NCBI GenBank assembly: GCA_950097015.1
Contig: CATNEN010000039.1
Span: forward strand, 17,484,001-17,548,000
Source of the DNA: Macrostomum hystrix
Taxonomy: Eukaryota > Animalia > Platyhelminthes
Reading direction: 5' to 3'
DNA: 64,000 nucleotides
The notes under the pieces are model-generated. The model did no database searches and was not told the DNA's origin. It saw nothing but the letters and a program-made list of their open reading frames with translations. A program made the position numbers and the translations under genes. Below, piece after piece: positions 1-12,160 of the stretch. The first letter of the stretch is position 1. Every line of letters starts with the position of its first letter.

Positions 1-1505
1 ACCAAGTAGTTAGAATCTCAGCAAGACCAAGTAGTTAGAATCTCAGCAAGACCAAGTAGTTAGAATCTCAGCAAGATCAAGTAGCTAGAATCTCAGCAAG
101 ACCAAGTAGTTAGAATCGCAGCAAGATCAAGTAGTTAGAATCTCAGCAAGACCAAGTAGTTAGAATCTCAGCAAGACCAAGTAGCTAGAATCTCAGCAAG
201 ACCAAGTACCTAGAATCTCAGCAAGACCAAGTAGTTAGAATCTCAGCAAGACCAAGTAGTTAGAATCGCAAGTACCTAGAATCTCAGCAAGACCAAGTAC
301 CTAGAATCTCAGCAAGACCAAGTAGTTAGAATCTCAGCAAGACCAAGTAGTTAAAATCGCAAGTACCTAGAATCTCAGCAAGACCAAGTAGTTAGAATCT
401 CAGCAAGATCAAGTAGCTAGAATCTCAGCAAGACCAAGTAGTTAGAATCCCAGCAAGACCAAGTAGCTAGAATCTCAGCAAGAACAAGTAGCTAGAATCT
501 CAGCAAGACCAAGTAGTTAGAATCTCAGCAAGACCAAGTAGTTAGAATCTCAGCAAGACCAAGTAGTTAGAATTGCAAGTACCTAGAATCTCAGCAAGAC
601 CAAGTAGTTAGAATCTCAGCAAGACCAAGTAGTTAGAATCTCAGCAAGATCAAGTAGCTAGAATCTCAGCAAGACCAAGTAGTTAGAATCCCAGCAAGAC
701 CAAGTAGCTAGAATCTCAGCAAGAACAAGTAGCTAGAATCTCAGCAAGACCAAGTAGTTAGAATCTCAGCAAGACCAAGTAGCTAGAATCTCAGCAAGAC
801 CAAGTAGTTAGAATCTCAGCAAGACCAAGTAGTTAGAATCTCAGCAAGACCAAGTAGTTAGAATTGCAAGTACCTAGAATCTCAGCAAGACCAAGTAGTT
901 AGAATCTCAGCAAGACCAAGTAGTTAGAATCTCAGCAAGACCAAGTAGTTAGAATCTCAGCAAGATCAAGTAGCTAGAATCTCAGCAAGAACAAGTAGTT
1001 AGAATCCCAGCAAGACCAAGTAGCTAGAATCTCAGCAAGACCAAGTAGTTAGAATCTCAGCAAGAACAAGTAGCTAGAATCTCAGCAAGAACAAGTAGCT
1101 AGAATCTCAGCAAGACCAAGTAGTTAGAATCTCAGCAAGACCAAGTAGTTAGAATCTCAGCAAGACCAAGTAGTTAGAATTGCAAGTACCTAGAATCTCA
1201 GCAAGACCAAGTAGTTAGAATCTCAGCAAGACCAAGTAGTTAGAATCTCAGCAAGACCAAGTAGTTAGAATCTCAGCAAGATCAAGTAGCTAGAATCTCA
1301 GCAAGACCAAGTAGTTAGAATCCCAGCAAGACCAAGTAGCTAGAATCTCAGCAAGAACAAGTAGCTAGAATCTCAGCAAGACCAAGTAGTTAGAATCTCA
1401 GCAAGACCAAGTAGTTAGAATCTCAGCAAGATCAAGTAGCTAGAATCTCAGCAAGAACAAGTAGCTAGAATCTCAGCAAGACCAAGTAGTTAGAATTACA
1501 GCAAG
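1..1505. repeat. 25-bp tandem minisatellite (ACCAAGTAGTTAGAATCTCAGCAAG), runs off the window start
   Basis: About 60 near-identical copies with recurring variants; decays into unique sequence at about 1500-1580. Confidence 0.97.
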
Positions 1506-2399
1506 ATATCTAGTATCTAGAATTGCAGCAGGATCTAGTTACCAGGAGAATCGCTGCAGGATCAGTCCCTAGAATCGCGATTTGATCATCTGCTTCCATA
1601 TTTAATAAATGAGATTTGCCCAATTCACACGCAACACAGGCATGCTTCTCAATTCCTCCTATTCACGGCTCGCAGGGCCCTCCTGGGGAAATTGATGCCA
1701 GGTTAAAAAAAACCGGATTAAACTAGTTTAGGAGCGAAAATGAAATAAAAAGCAACAATTAAGATAAATAGAAGCTCTCCCATTGTTTGATAGTAAATTA
1801 AAAAAGCGAGGTGGGGATAGATTCTGTTTCCCTAAAACAATTGGGAGCATGACAAATCCAGGCTGAATTTTTTCTATCTAATCTCGAGCTTCGCGCAGCT
1901 CGTCTTGCATGGGGAGAACAAAACAATGTAACAAATGCAAAAGCAACACAATGAACACAAGCAGAAATGTCTTACTAGCTAAACAGTGATTTATTAATGC
2001 TATTTGCAGCCAGTCCAAATCTAAGAATACTTGAACATTTTCGCTCACGTCATAAGGCTGCTAGCTAACACTCTCAGGAGAGCACAAAGTACATTAGACA
2101 GCTGTTTCAGTCGCAACTGCAGAATGCGTCAATCATTCATGAGTAGATGTGGAGCGAGAGAATAGTGAAAACTACTCGTAAATTTGATTCATGAATCCGT
2201 CAAGATTAGCCGCGATATTTTAGAAAAGCAAAAAGGTAGCCACTTGAATTTACGCTCACGGGAAAACTGCAGCCATCGAAGCTCCCCATCTAAGACTTGC
2301 TCTACTCAATCGTACCTCTCCTGTCTTATCTCTCATTCGTCTATCTCTCCCCTTTATCAACTCTCGCGTGTCTCATCTCTCCCGTGTTTCACCTATCCA

Positions 2400-3328
2400 C
2401 TATCTAATCTCTCCCGCTTCTCACATCTTCCCTGTTTTATGTCTGATCTCTCATGTGTCTGATCTCTCTTGTGTCTAATCTCTCCCGCTTCTCACATCTT
2501 CCCTGTTTTATGTCTGATCTCTCATGTGTCTGATCTCTCCCGTGTCTGATCTCTCTTGTGTCTGATCTCTCCCGTGTCTGATCTCTCCAGTGTCTGATCT
2601 CTCTTGTGTCTGATCTCTCCAGTGTCTGATCTCTCTTGTGTCTGATCTCTCCCGTGTCTGATCTCTCCAGTGTCTGATCTCTCCAGTGTCTGATCTCTCC
2701 AGTGTCTGATCTCTCCCGTGTCTCATCTCTCTTGTGTCTGATCTCTCCCGTGTCTGATCTCTCCAGTGTCTGATATCTCCAGTGTCTGATCTCTCTTGTG
2801 TCTGATCTCTCCAGTGTCTGATCTCTCTTGTGTCTGATCTCTCCAGTGTCTGATCTCTCTTGTGTCTGATCTCTCCCGTGTCTGATCTCTCCAGTGTCTG
2901 ATCTCTCCAGTGTCTGATCTCTCCCGTGTCTCATCTCTCTTGTGTCTGATCTCTCCCGTGTCTGATCTCTCTTGTGTCTGATCTCTCCCGTGTCTGATCT
3001 CTCCAGTGTCTGATCTCTCTTGTGTCTGATCTCTCCAGTGTCTGATCTCTCTTGTGTCTGATCTCTCCCGTGTCTGATCTCTCTTGTGTCTGATCTCTCC
3101 AGTGTCTGATCTCTCCCGTGTCTGATCTCTCCCGTGTCTGATCTCTCCAGTGTCTGATCTCTCCAGTGTCTGATCTCTCCCGTGTCTCATCTCTCTTGTG
3201 TCTGATCTCTCCCGTGTCTGATCTCTCCAGTGTCTGATCTCTCTTGTGTCTGATCTCTCTTGTGTCTGATCTCTCCCGTGTCTGATCTCTCTTGTGTCTG
3301 ATCTCTCCCGTGTCTCATCTCATGTGTC
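2400..3328. repeat. 16-bp tandem minisatellite (TGTCTGATCTCTCCCG and variants)
   Basis: Direct tandem copies; the ORFs over it show a 16-aa (48-nt) periodicity. Confidence 0.96.
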
Positions 3329-4211
3329 CCTGGTCAGGGTTTAAATCGAGAAGTCTAAAGTTTTCATCTGTGCCTAGGTGAAACAATGACTAGTTGATCG
3401 AGACACATCAGTCTAGGAAGATGTTGAAATTGTTTTTAGGATTTTTGTCATTTTAATCTATTTTTTTCTACTTATAACTAAAAGAAACCTAATATTTAAA
3501 GTAACAAAGAATTCTAGCTACAAAAATAGAAAATAAAATAAAGCTGGAAAATGTAAATGATATCTCCTGCAAATATTTATTAACTAGAAACTCGCGCGCA
3601 TTATGAATTTTATATGTGTTATTAATAATATTAATTATATGCTTCTACAAAGACAAAGAACGAATAGGAAAAAATACTTTATAAATAGAAAACTTCGATA
3701 ACATTTAACATAGCGCTGACAAACTCTCGCTGTTACTCTTTTGAAAGCAAGAAAATTCACAACGTACGCACAAGTGATGCTGGACAGACATTATTAGCGC
3801 AAAAAACAACACACAAGAAACACAGGGGACAAATATATAATGCTTTACTTGGTGTACTCAACCAAAAAACTGCCACAAATGATGCATTAGAATATGAAAA
3901 CTAAGCCAATAAGATATAGGTGGACAATGTCGCTTTAAGAATAGTAAAATTATTTTAAAATTTTTCATATGGCGCCAGAAAAAACATCAAAGGTCTACGA
4001 AAATTATCGAACGCAAAACTACTAACTGCCAAATAAGAGAGTACGAGTATAATCAGAATTTTAAGTCTTGCAACAATGCGCGAGAAAAAAACATATTTCA
4101 ATGGTCAACAAAATGCACAGACTTTAAGCTGGAGGGTACTGCTTTAAACTAAAACAAAGCTATTGGCGATGAGGCTAACTTTACATGAAACTGTGAGCCA
4201 AATTTAAGACT

Positions 4212-5565
4212 ATGGTCTATTAGAGGATCCATTAGAGCGGCTAATGGTCTATTAGAGGATCCATTAGAGTGGCTAATGGTCTATTAGAGGATCCATTAGA
4301 GCGGCTAATGGTCTATTAGAGGATCCATTAGAGTGGCTAATGGTCTATTAGAGGATCCATTAGAGCGGCTAATGGTCTAATAGAGGATCCATTAGAGTGG
4401 CTAATGGTCTTTTAGAGGATCCATTAGAGTGGCTAATGGTCTATTAGAGGATCCATTAGAGTGGCTAATGGTCTATTAGAGGATCCCTTAGAGTGGCTAA
4501 TGGTCTATTAGAGGATCCATTAGAGTGGCTAATGGTCTATTAGAGGATCCATTAAAGTGGCGAATGGTCTATTAGAGGATCCCTTAGAGTGGCTAATGGT
4601 CTATTAGAGGATCCATTAGAGTGGCTAATGGTCAATTAGAGGATCCATTATAGTGGCTAATGGTCTATTAGAGGATCCATTAGAGTGGCTAATGGTCAAT
4701 TAGAGGATCCATTATAGTGGCTAATGGTCTATTAGAGGATCCATTAGAGTGGCTAATGGTCTATTAGAGGATCCATTAGAGTGGCTAATGGTCAATTAGA
4801 GGATCCATTAGAGTGGCTAATGGTCTATTAGAGGATCCATTAGAGTGGCTAATGGTCTATTAGAGGATCCATTAGAGCGGCTAATGGTCTATTAGAGGAT
4901 CCATTAGAGTGGCTAATGGTCTATTTGAGGATCCCTTAGAGTGGCTAATGGTCTATTTGAGGATCCCTTAGAGTGGCTAATGGCTATTTGAGGATTCATT
5001 AGAGTGGCTAATGGTCTATTAAAGGATCCCTTAGAGTGGCTAATGGTCTATTTGAGGATCCATTAGAGTGGCTAATGGTCTATTTGAGGATCCATTAGAG
5101 TGGCTAATGGTCTATTAGAGGATCCATTAGAGCGGCTAATGGTCTATTAGAGGATCCATTAGAGTGGCTAATGGTCTATTTGAGGATCCCTTAGAGTGGC
5201 TAATGGTCTATTTGAGGATCCCTTAGAGTGGCTAATGGTCTATTTGAGGATCCATTAGAGTGGCTAATGGTCTATTAGAGGATCCATTAGAGTGGCTAAT
5301 GGTCTTTTAGAGGATCCCTTAGAGTGGCTAATGGTCTTTTAGAGGATCCCTTAGAGTGGCTAATGGTCTATTTGAGGATCCCTTAGAGTGGCTAATGGTC
5401 TATTTGAGGATCCATTAGAGTGGCTAATGGTCTATTAGAGGATCCATTAGAGTGGCTAATGGTCAATTAGAGGATCCATTAGAGTGGCTAATGGTCTTTT
5501 AGAGGATCCATTAGAGTGGCTAATGGTCAATTAGAGGATCCATTAGAGCGGCTAATGGTCTATTA
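4212..5565. repeat. 32-bp tandem minisatellite (ATGGTCTATTAGAGGATCCATTAGAGTGGCTA)
   Basis: About 42 copies, each with GGATCC and a CCATTAG/CTAATGG inverted pair. Confidence 0.97.
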
Positions 5566-6502
5566 AAAAGTTTAGTTTTTTGGAAAACAGCAGCACAAAA
5601 AGAATTGAAAACATAAAATAAAAGTACAAAAGTGTTGATCGAAAAAACCAAGCACTCAGTCTAGCTTGAGGGAACACGAAAAAATGGCAAGAATGATTTC
5701 TTTAGCAAGGTTTCGGGTGCGTTTGGCTAAGAAATATTTCTAGAGAAAAAATAGCTCACACAAAAATATGAAAACAAATCCTGATTTAAAAAGAGTGTTT
5801 AAAGACCAACTTGAGACAGACTGGGCACTGGCTGTGCTAAATAAATGATGCCATGCAAAGCGATTTCTGTACGCATTCTTGTCGGCGGAAATGGGACATT
5901 TGTAAGCAACAATACACACGCACTGAAAACAGATTGTTGGTCATAGAATAAACTAGACAAGTGTTCAAATGATGAATTAGTAAATGATAATGAGCCAGCA
6001 TTTAATGCCGCAATAGAGTGATTTATTTTTTCAAGCGGTAGGTTTAGTATCCAAAAAATAATGTACTCACACACTGACACACATGCACTTGCTCGAAACT
6101 AGCTCTAGTATTTGAGCGCTAAGCAAAAAGCTGACATAATCAATGAACAATATCTACGTGTACATGCTGCATAGCAACTGAAACATACAATACTTCGGTT
6201 GGATTCAAATAAAACAACAGAGAGATGGCGATTGAGAAAGACGCGAAGAAGGCTATTTGGAGAGCGACTATATGAGAAAGGAATTTGATGGCTGAATGAG
6301 AAATCGAGAAGCTATTGGGCTATATATAATAGTGTAGTGCTCAATAAGAGAGTGTGCAGATACGTACACAAAACTTACGCTTCGATATTTGACAAACAAA
6401 AAGCAAGTTTTACGACTAAAATTGTACACAATGATGGCAAATAATCGTAGACAAGTAAGATCACTAAGCGTAACAGCTTAAACATTTAATATAGATTAAA
6501 TA

Positions 6503-6950
6503 ACTAACCAATTATCGATCGGTTGGCCAACCAATTATCGATCGGTTGATAATCAATCTGTTGGCTAATTATCGATCGCGGTTGGCTAATCTGTTATCGA
6601 TCGTAGTTGGCTAACCAATTATCGATCTGTTAGCTAACTAATTATCGATCGCGGTTGGCTAACCAATTAACAATCGGTTGGCTAACCTATTATCGATCGG
6701 TTTTCTAACGTATCATCGATCGGTTGGCTAACCTATTATCGATCGGTTTTCTAACCTATTATCGATCGCGGTTGGCTAACCCATTAGTAATCGGTTGGCT
6801 AATTAATTGTTGATCGGTTGGCTAATTAATTTTTGATTTGTTGGTTATTTAGTTATCGATCGGTTGGGTAACCAATTATTAATCGGTTGCCTAGCCAATT
6901 ATCGATCGGTTGACCAATTAATTATCGATAGGTTAACAATTCAAGATCGA
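6503..6950. repeat. Degenerate ~23-25-bp repeat built on palindromic cores (ATTATCGATCGGTTGGCTAACC)
   Basis: Repeated ATCGATCG and GGTTGGCTAACC motifs just past the nuclear receptor stop codon. Confidence 0.85.
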
Positions 6951-7011
6951 TCAGCAAGCTATTCAATAAATCAGACAACCTATCTCTTTGTCAGCAAACT
7001 AACCAACCAAT

Positions 7012-8826
7012 TCAGTAGTAGGTCATGGTAGTGGGCAAAGCGGCCCCGACAGTGGTGCTAGTAACTGGAGCTTCAACGCCCGACGAAGCGGAGCTAGTGG
7101 CAACTTTGTCGCTGGCAGCTGCAGCGGCAATCTCGCGGGACCGCAGCTCATGTAGCGCCATGCAGTGCCTGTCCTCGGCTGTCTGCAACGGGCAGTAAAG
7201 GATGAACTTGTCAAGGGTGCGATCGAATTCTTCAGACCATTTGAACAGGCGGCAGGTAAGTTGCAGCTTTTCCTCGTAGTCGAATGGGAAATGGTAGAAC
7301 AGAGTGTCAGTCATGTGCTGATGATAGCGTAGGCTCAGCCGTTTGCATGCTCCAATGAGTCGCTCGTCTGTGATACCGCAATCAGGCGGCAGGTGCAATA
7401 GCTTAGTGGCGCAGAATAGGGCCAGTAGGTCGTGCCGCATCTCTGTGGCTTCCGTCAGGTAGCGTGCGTAGGTGCGAAAATCGTTCAATGGCGAATAGTC
7501 AATTAGACTATTGCCCGACTGCCGCACCAGGTCGCTGAACATCTCGATGGGTTGACAGCAGACGCGCTGGCCATTGATAGTGAAGTAGTAACGATCGTCC
7601 ACTTGGCTCAGCCCAGCGCAGGACAGCGGAAAGATTACAGAATGAATGCGAGTCTTGATTAGCTGGAGAAAATGCTGTCGTTCCAACAGATTAACCTGAC
7701 GCATTTGCCGGACAAAGACCACAGCCTGGCGTACAAACACTTCTAGCAGGATAATATTGGTGGCAACAGAGCTCGCTAGCTGCTGTGGATCTAGTTGAAC
7801 ACTCGGCGGAGTACTGATGTTGCATAGCATAGTCTCAGCCACCAGCTGCTGCAACTCGTCAATGAAATCGACTAGAAGTACGTTGGCGTACTTCTTGTCC
7901 GACGCGTCGATGGCTTCGTTGTATTTTAGGTCGGTTATTGGCGACGGCTCAGACGGCACCGGATTGTGCAGGTGATACCAGAGAGCTTGCCAACAGCTGC
8001 TGCTGCTGCTGGCTGGAGACTGCGGGTTGAACTTGGCCGTTAAAGGCGCCGGCACAGTCAGATGCTGCTGTTGCTGTGGGCTGGACTGCTGCGAATGCTG
8101 CTGATAATAGTCGCTAGACGACGAATGACGCGACATGGACGGAGGTGCCTGTTGGATCAGGGGCGGCGGTGGCGGCAAGTGGTCGGAATCGACTGGGATC
8201 CCGTCGCCGACTGTCAGAACCTCGCCCTTTTGAATCAGATCCGCTTGCATGCCGACGCGAAAGCACTTGGACAGCCGACAACCGGGGCATTTCTTCCGCG
8301 TGGCCAGCGTGACCTCGCAGCGGGTGTGCTGGAAGCTGCAGCTAAAGCCAGCTTCGCCTAGGGTCTTCTTGTGAGCGTTGCGCCGAAAGAAGGCCTTGCA
8401 AGATTCGCAGCTGATGACGCCGAAATTGTAGTTCTCAGCCTTGGCGCCGCAGACTAGGCAGAAACGGTGCAGCAGATCAGCTGGAGTCTTCGGGTGGCGG
8501 CATTTCTTACGATGAACAACGCCAGATTTGGTAAAGCTGCGCTTCAGAACCGATGCGCTGGCTGGCGGCGACATCAGGCTACCGGCGGTGGACGACTGCG
8601 GCAGGTGCCGCTGCTGCTGCTGCGGCTGGTGTTGTTGCGAAAGCGACGGTGGCAGGTGCAGCTGCGGCAATGGAAAGTACTTATGCTCAGGCATAGCTGA
8701 ATACTGCTCAGTATATTCTGGCGGCAGTTGCTGCTGCTGATTATGCAGCATGTGCGGTTCACTAGATTGCTGCAAATAGGGATAAATGTAATGCGGGCGG
8801 GTCAGTATCATTCCAGTATTAGGCAT
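7012..8826 (-). CDS. HR96: Nuclear hormone receptor, NR1J (HR96/DAF-12/NHR-8-like), single exon
   Basis: Two C4 zinc fingers (CLVC...CESCKAFFRR; CSFQHTRC...CPGCRLSKC). The P-box ESCKA is characteristic of NR1J. Poly-Q N-terminus and hinge, divergent helical LBD. First ATG at 8826 (the track start is a TTG). Confidence 0.9.
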   Translation of the reverse strand: MPNTGMILTRPHYIYPYLQQSSEPHMLHNQQQQLPPEYTEQYSAMPEHKYFPLPQLHLPPSLSQQHQPQQQQRHLPQSSTAGSLMSPPASASVLKRSFTKSGVVHRKKCRHPKTPADLLHRFCLVCGAKAENYNFGVISCESCKAFFRRNAHKKTLGEAGFSCSFQHTRCEVTLATRKKCPGCRLSKCFRVGMQADLIQKGEVLTVGDGIPVDSDHLPPPPPLIQQAPPSMSRHSSSSDYYQQHSQQSSPQQQQHLTVPAPLTAKFNPQSPASSSSSCWQALWYHLHNPVPSEPSPITDLKYNEAIDASDKKYANVLLVDFIDELQQLVAETMLCNISTPPSVQLDPQQLASSVATNIILLEVFVRQAVVFVRQMRQVNLLERQHFLQLIKTRIHSVIFPLSCAGLSQVDDRYYFTINGQRVCCQPIEMFSDLVRQSGNSLIDYSPLNDFRTYARYLTEATEMRHDLLALFCATKLLHLPPDCGITDERLIGACKRLSLRYHQHMTDTLFYHFPFDYEEKLQLTCRLFKWSEEFDRTLDKFILYCPLQTAEDRHCMALHELRSREIAAAAASDKVATSSASSGVEAPVTSTTVGAALPTTMTYY

Positions 8827-10847
8827 CAAAGCAACTCTGCACTAGCGCACTAGCAAGATGTTATTTGTTTTAAAAAACTTTACAATTTTTTATAGGACAG
8901 TAGGACAGTCGACAGTTTTAGTAGGACAGTCGCGGACGCCGGTGGAGGGGCTAGCTCAGTCAGTGCCTCTCTAAATTATAGCCAGCAGGACTGGGCAGGC
9001 AGGCTGTCACCTGATGCCATGAGTGTGTTGTGTGTGTTTGTCGGGGGTGGGACGCGACCAGACCTATGCTAGCCAACCGCTGACTGACGATAGCAAAGGA
9101 GGGAGGGGTGACAACTAAACGGGCCAGTAAGGAGGGCTCGAGGACGGAAGGAAGGAAACCAAATTAAAAAAACAAGATAGAGAGACAGACGGACACAGGG
9201 ACAGAAAATGAGCAGCAGGTAGAGACAACAACAAAGTAACCACTAGGCTGAGTTGCATGTGACAGAAAGAGAATTATGAGTTTGAGCTATTAGCATTCTA
9301 ATACAAATGATATCAATCATCTGTAAAAAAATGATAATGAAAAGCCAAGTTATGTAATAAGCATTTCCTAAGAAAAAATGTGTTCTAAAATCTAGCGAGG
9401 TTAAAAAGTTATTTGATCGAATAAGATAGTGCTTTGAACCGAATAAGTGTCGGTACAAGTACTTATTTACTTAGACTTTTTAAAATGAACAGAAAAGGAA
9501 GGTCGTTTACAAGCCGGTAAACAAGGCAAGTCAATGCGGCATACAAAATATGTAGAGAAGTCGCACTGCCTATAGTACAGAGCTAAAGAAAATGCAAGTT
9601 ATGGGGGTAAAGGAGAGGTGGTTAGAAAAAACTGCGGCACACTCTAACTTAGTCTGCTCTCGAACCCATTAACATAGCAGCAAGAGCAACAGCAGGGCTT
9701 GTCTCTCTCTAGACCCAGACTAGTAGTACATTTGCTTTGCCTGATAAACACGGAGCAGCGTACTCAATCACCCTCACTGCCCTAGAAAAGGGGTGAGCAA
9801 GTACAGGGTCTAGGAACCGAGGCCGAAAATGTATTCCAATGCGTTTATTGCCATTTGCCATTGGCCAAAGTAAATGCTTGACTGAATTTAGGATGGAAAC
9901 TGCATAACTTTAGATAAAGAATACAATCTTGATAGTCATGACAATCTTCAGAGTCTGCTAAAATTCACTAATAATCACTTTCCCCCTATAGATTGTGGAT
10001 GGTGATGTGCTGTATCTATCATTCATTGAAGACTAAACTGCACCCTATTGTATTTTAGAAGCTGACAGTACATATACTCATATAGTGATATTGGCTGTTA
10101 TGCACAATGAGCACTACATACTCTGGCTTTAGAGAAGCATAAGAAATATTATTGAACGACTTAGCCAGAAAGGTAAAAAACATACCGATTTAAAGGCAAC
10201 ACACATTTTATGAGTTATATCTACAATTCGATCGAATATCTATATTGACTATAATGCTAGTAAGCAGAAAACTAAAAAAATATACCAGATGATTGACATG
10301 TGACTTGGGTCAAGATCTTAATTGTGTTACAAAAAATATATAAAATTTTGCAGTAGAGCCAAGGACACTGGCCAATCTCATAGCTGACAGTTGATGTCCA
10401 GCAAGCAAGGAGGCTATAATTAATCATTCTTGTGACCCCTCAATATGCATGCACACAGATACCACAGGTGTACAATTGTCTGGCAGTTTAAGAGTACACC
10501 CTTACTGTGGCTCGGAGGCTGCTGAGTGTGAAGGTTGCACAATAAGCCTTCTCTCTATGGCTGCACCCCAAATTAATGTGGCCTAGCCATGGACTCAAGC
10601 ATTGGTACAAGAGTTCGATGTGATAACTGCTCAGCCATTCACCCCATTTCACAACACATTTGAGAAACATTTTGTACAGCTTAAATTACAACTACAAGTA
10701 TTTTGACTTTCTAATAAAAATACACATAAAAAATAGTGAAGTTTTCCCTTATGTTGTAGATATTTTATAGTTTTATATGTATGTTAGTTAGTATAACTTG
10801 ACTTTGGTTTTCTTATAACTCATGGAGCTCACACAATATTTAATAAC

Positions 10848-11080
10848 AGGACCTGTTGCCAACAAGGAGGCAATTTGGCCCATTTCACCGACTCAGCATA
10901 TAGGTGGCAGGCCCATATGCAATGTACAGGTGCACACACACACACACACACACACACACAGATAATTGCATGTATTTGCCATGAATTTCTCATTGTCAGG
11001 CAATGTACACTCACTGTGCATTGGAAGTTGGCCCTCAGGGGGCATAAATTGCCCAAAAAGCCCCCAAGCCTTCTCTCTGC
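10848..11080 (-). mobile_element. SINE body fragment (same family as 53713-53997) with an internal (CA)n
   Basis: Colinear similarity to 53713-53900 (GGCCCATTTC..GACTC, GTACACT..CACTGTGC.TTGGA.GTTGGCCC, AAATTGC..CCCCAAGCCT). Confidence 0.7.
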
Positions 11081-12160
11081 TACTATACCAGAGCTGTGTG
11101 GGTACCTGGTTCTTGGATTACTGGGAAGTTTTTACAATTTACCTGGTACCTGGTCACACAGAACCAAATAGAACCAAATATAGTCACTATATATAACCAA
11201 ACTCAATGACCTTGGCAAATGTGTTAGACCATTCTGTCACCCTATCTGGCCTCTATTTTTCAAGGCATGTGCTTTTAGTCAATTTATTTTTATGAATTAT
11301 TTATTGGCTAAATTGCTTTATTATGTATTCTTATATCATATGCCTGGCTGCTTGAGTTTAGTATTTGGTAAATTCTTTACTTAGCTATTGTGCCTTCTAT
11401 CATATTACCTAAATGGGGTATAAATAATCAGTGGATATAATTTATCAACTCATCACGAGGTTTCAAAAATGGATAGCAATAAGTTTCTAATCAGATAATG
11501 TGGCTTTATTACATAGCATATATATTTATTTATGTTAATTAAGTAATCACACAACAGTCAGAAGTGACAACCCTGGCAAGAGGTAAACATACTTACACTA
11601 ATACTCATACTCACACAAAAAATAAATTTACAAGGAGGCAATGCGATAGTTACATGTTTATTTGATAAGCAAGCTAACTAAATTGTTAGTTTTTTATAAT
11701 CTGCTATAAATTTAGAGTTGTTAAAAAAATTACTAATAGATTAATAAAAGTACTTGTTAAAATGTTTGTGAAAATAATATCTAGAAAAGGGCCTCAAACA
11801 ATATTTAAAAAACTTCTATATATTTGCTTAAATAGAAATTGTATATTTAAACACTACTTGTCTTGGCAATATAACAAGATAATATTCTAGTCTGTATTTT
11901 TATTACATTAATTTCCAGTCCCAATGCAGGGCTACCAATGAATCGGATTGTAGTAGTTACCCACACACTCACTATGGAATTACTTGTTTCTTCCTCACCC
12001 TGCATATGCTTGTTTATTTAATGCAATCCCTTTATAGGTGATACCTTTATCACACCCTTTTCAGGCTTATACACACTTTATTTTGGATCCAACCCTTTTT
12101 GCTTACTGTTCAATATGAATTCTGTTGACTAAGGTTATAGCTTTCTAGCTTTATAAAGAA

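Noticed and set aside
2184-3190. Repetitive ORFs over minisatellites (also 16053-16327, 17810-18824, 34068-36414, 55229-55720, 58940-59593, 62301-63034)
   Set aside because: Artefacts of stop-free tandem units
1-5565. CRISPR-like appearance of the 25- and 32-bp repeats (also the arrays at 51280 and 57554)
   Set aside because: Head-to-tail units with no unique spacers, no cas genes, eukaryotic context
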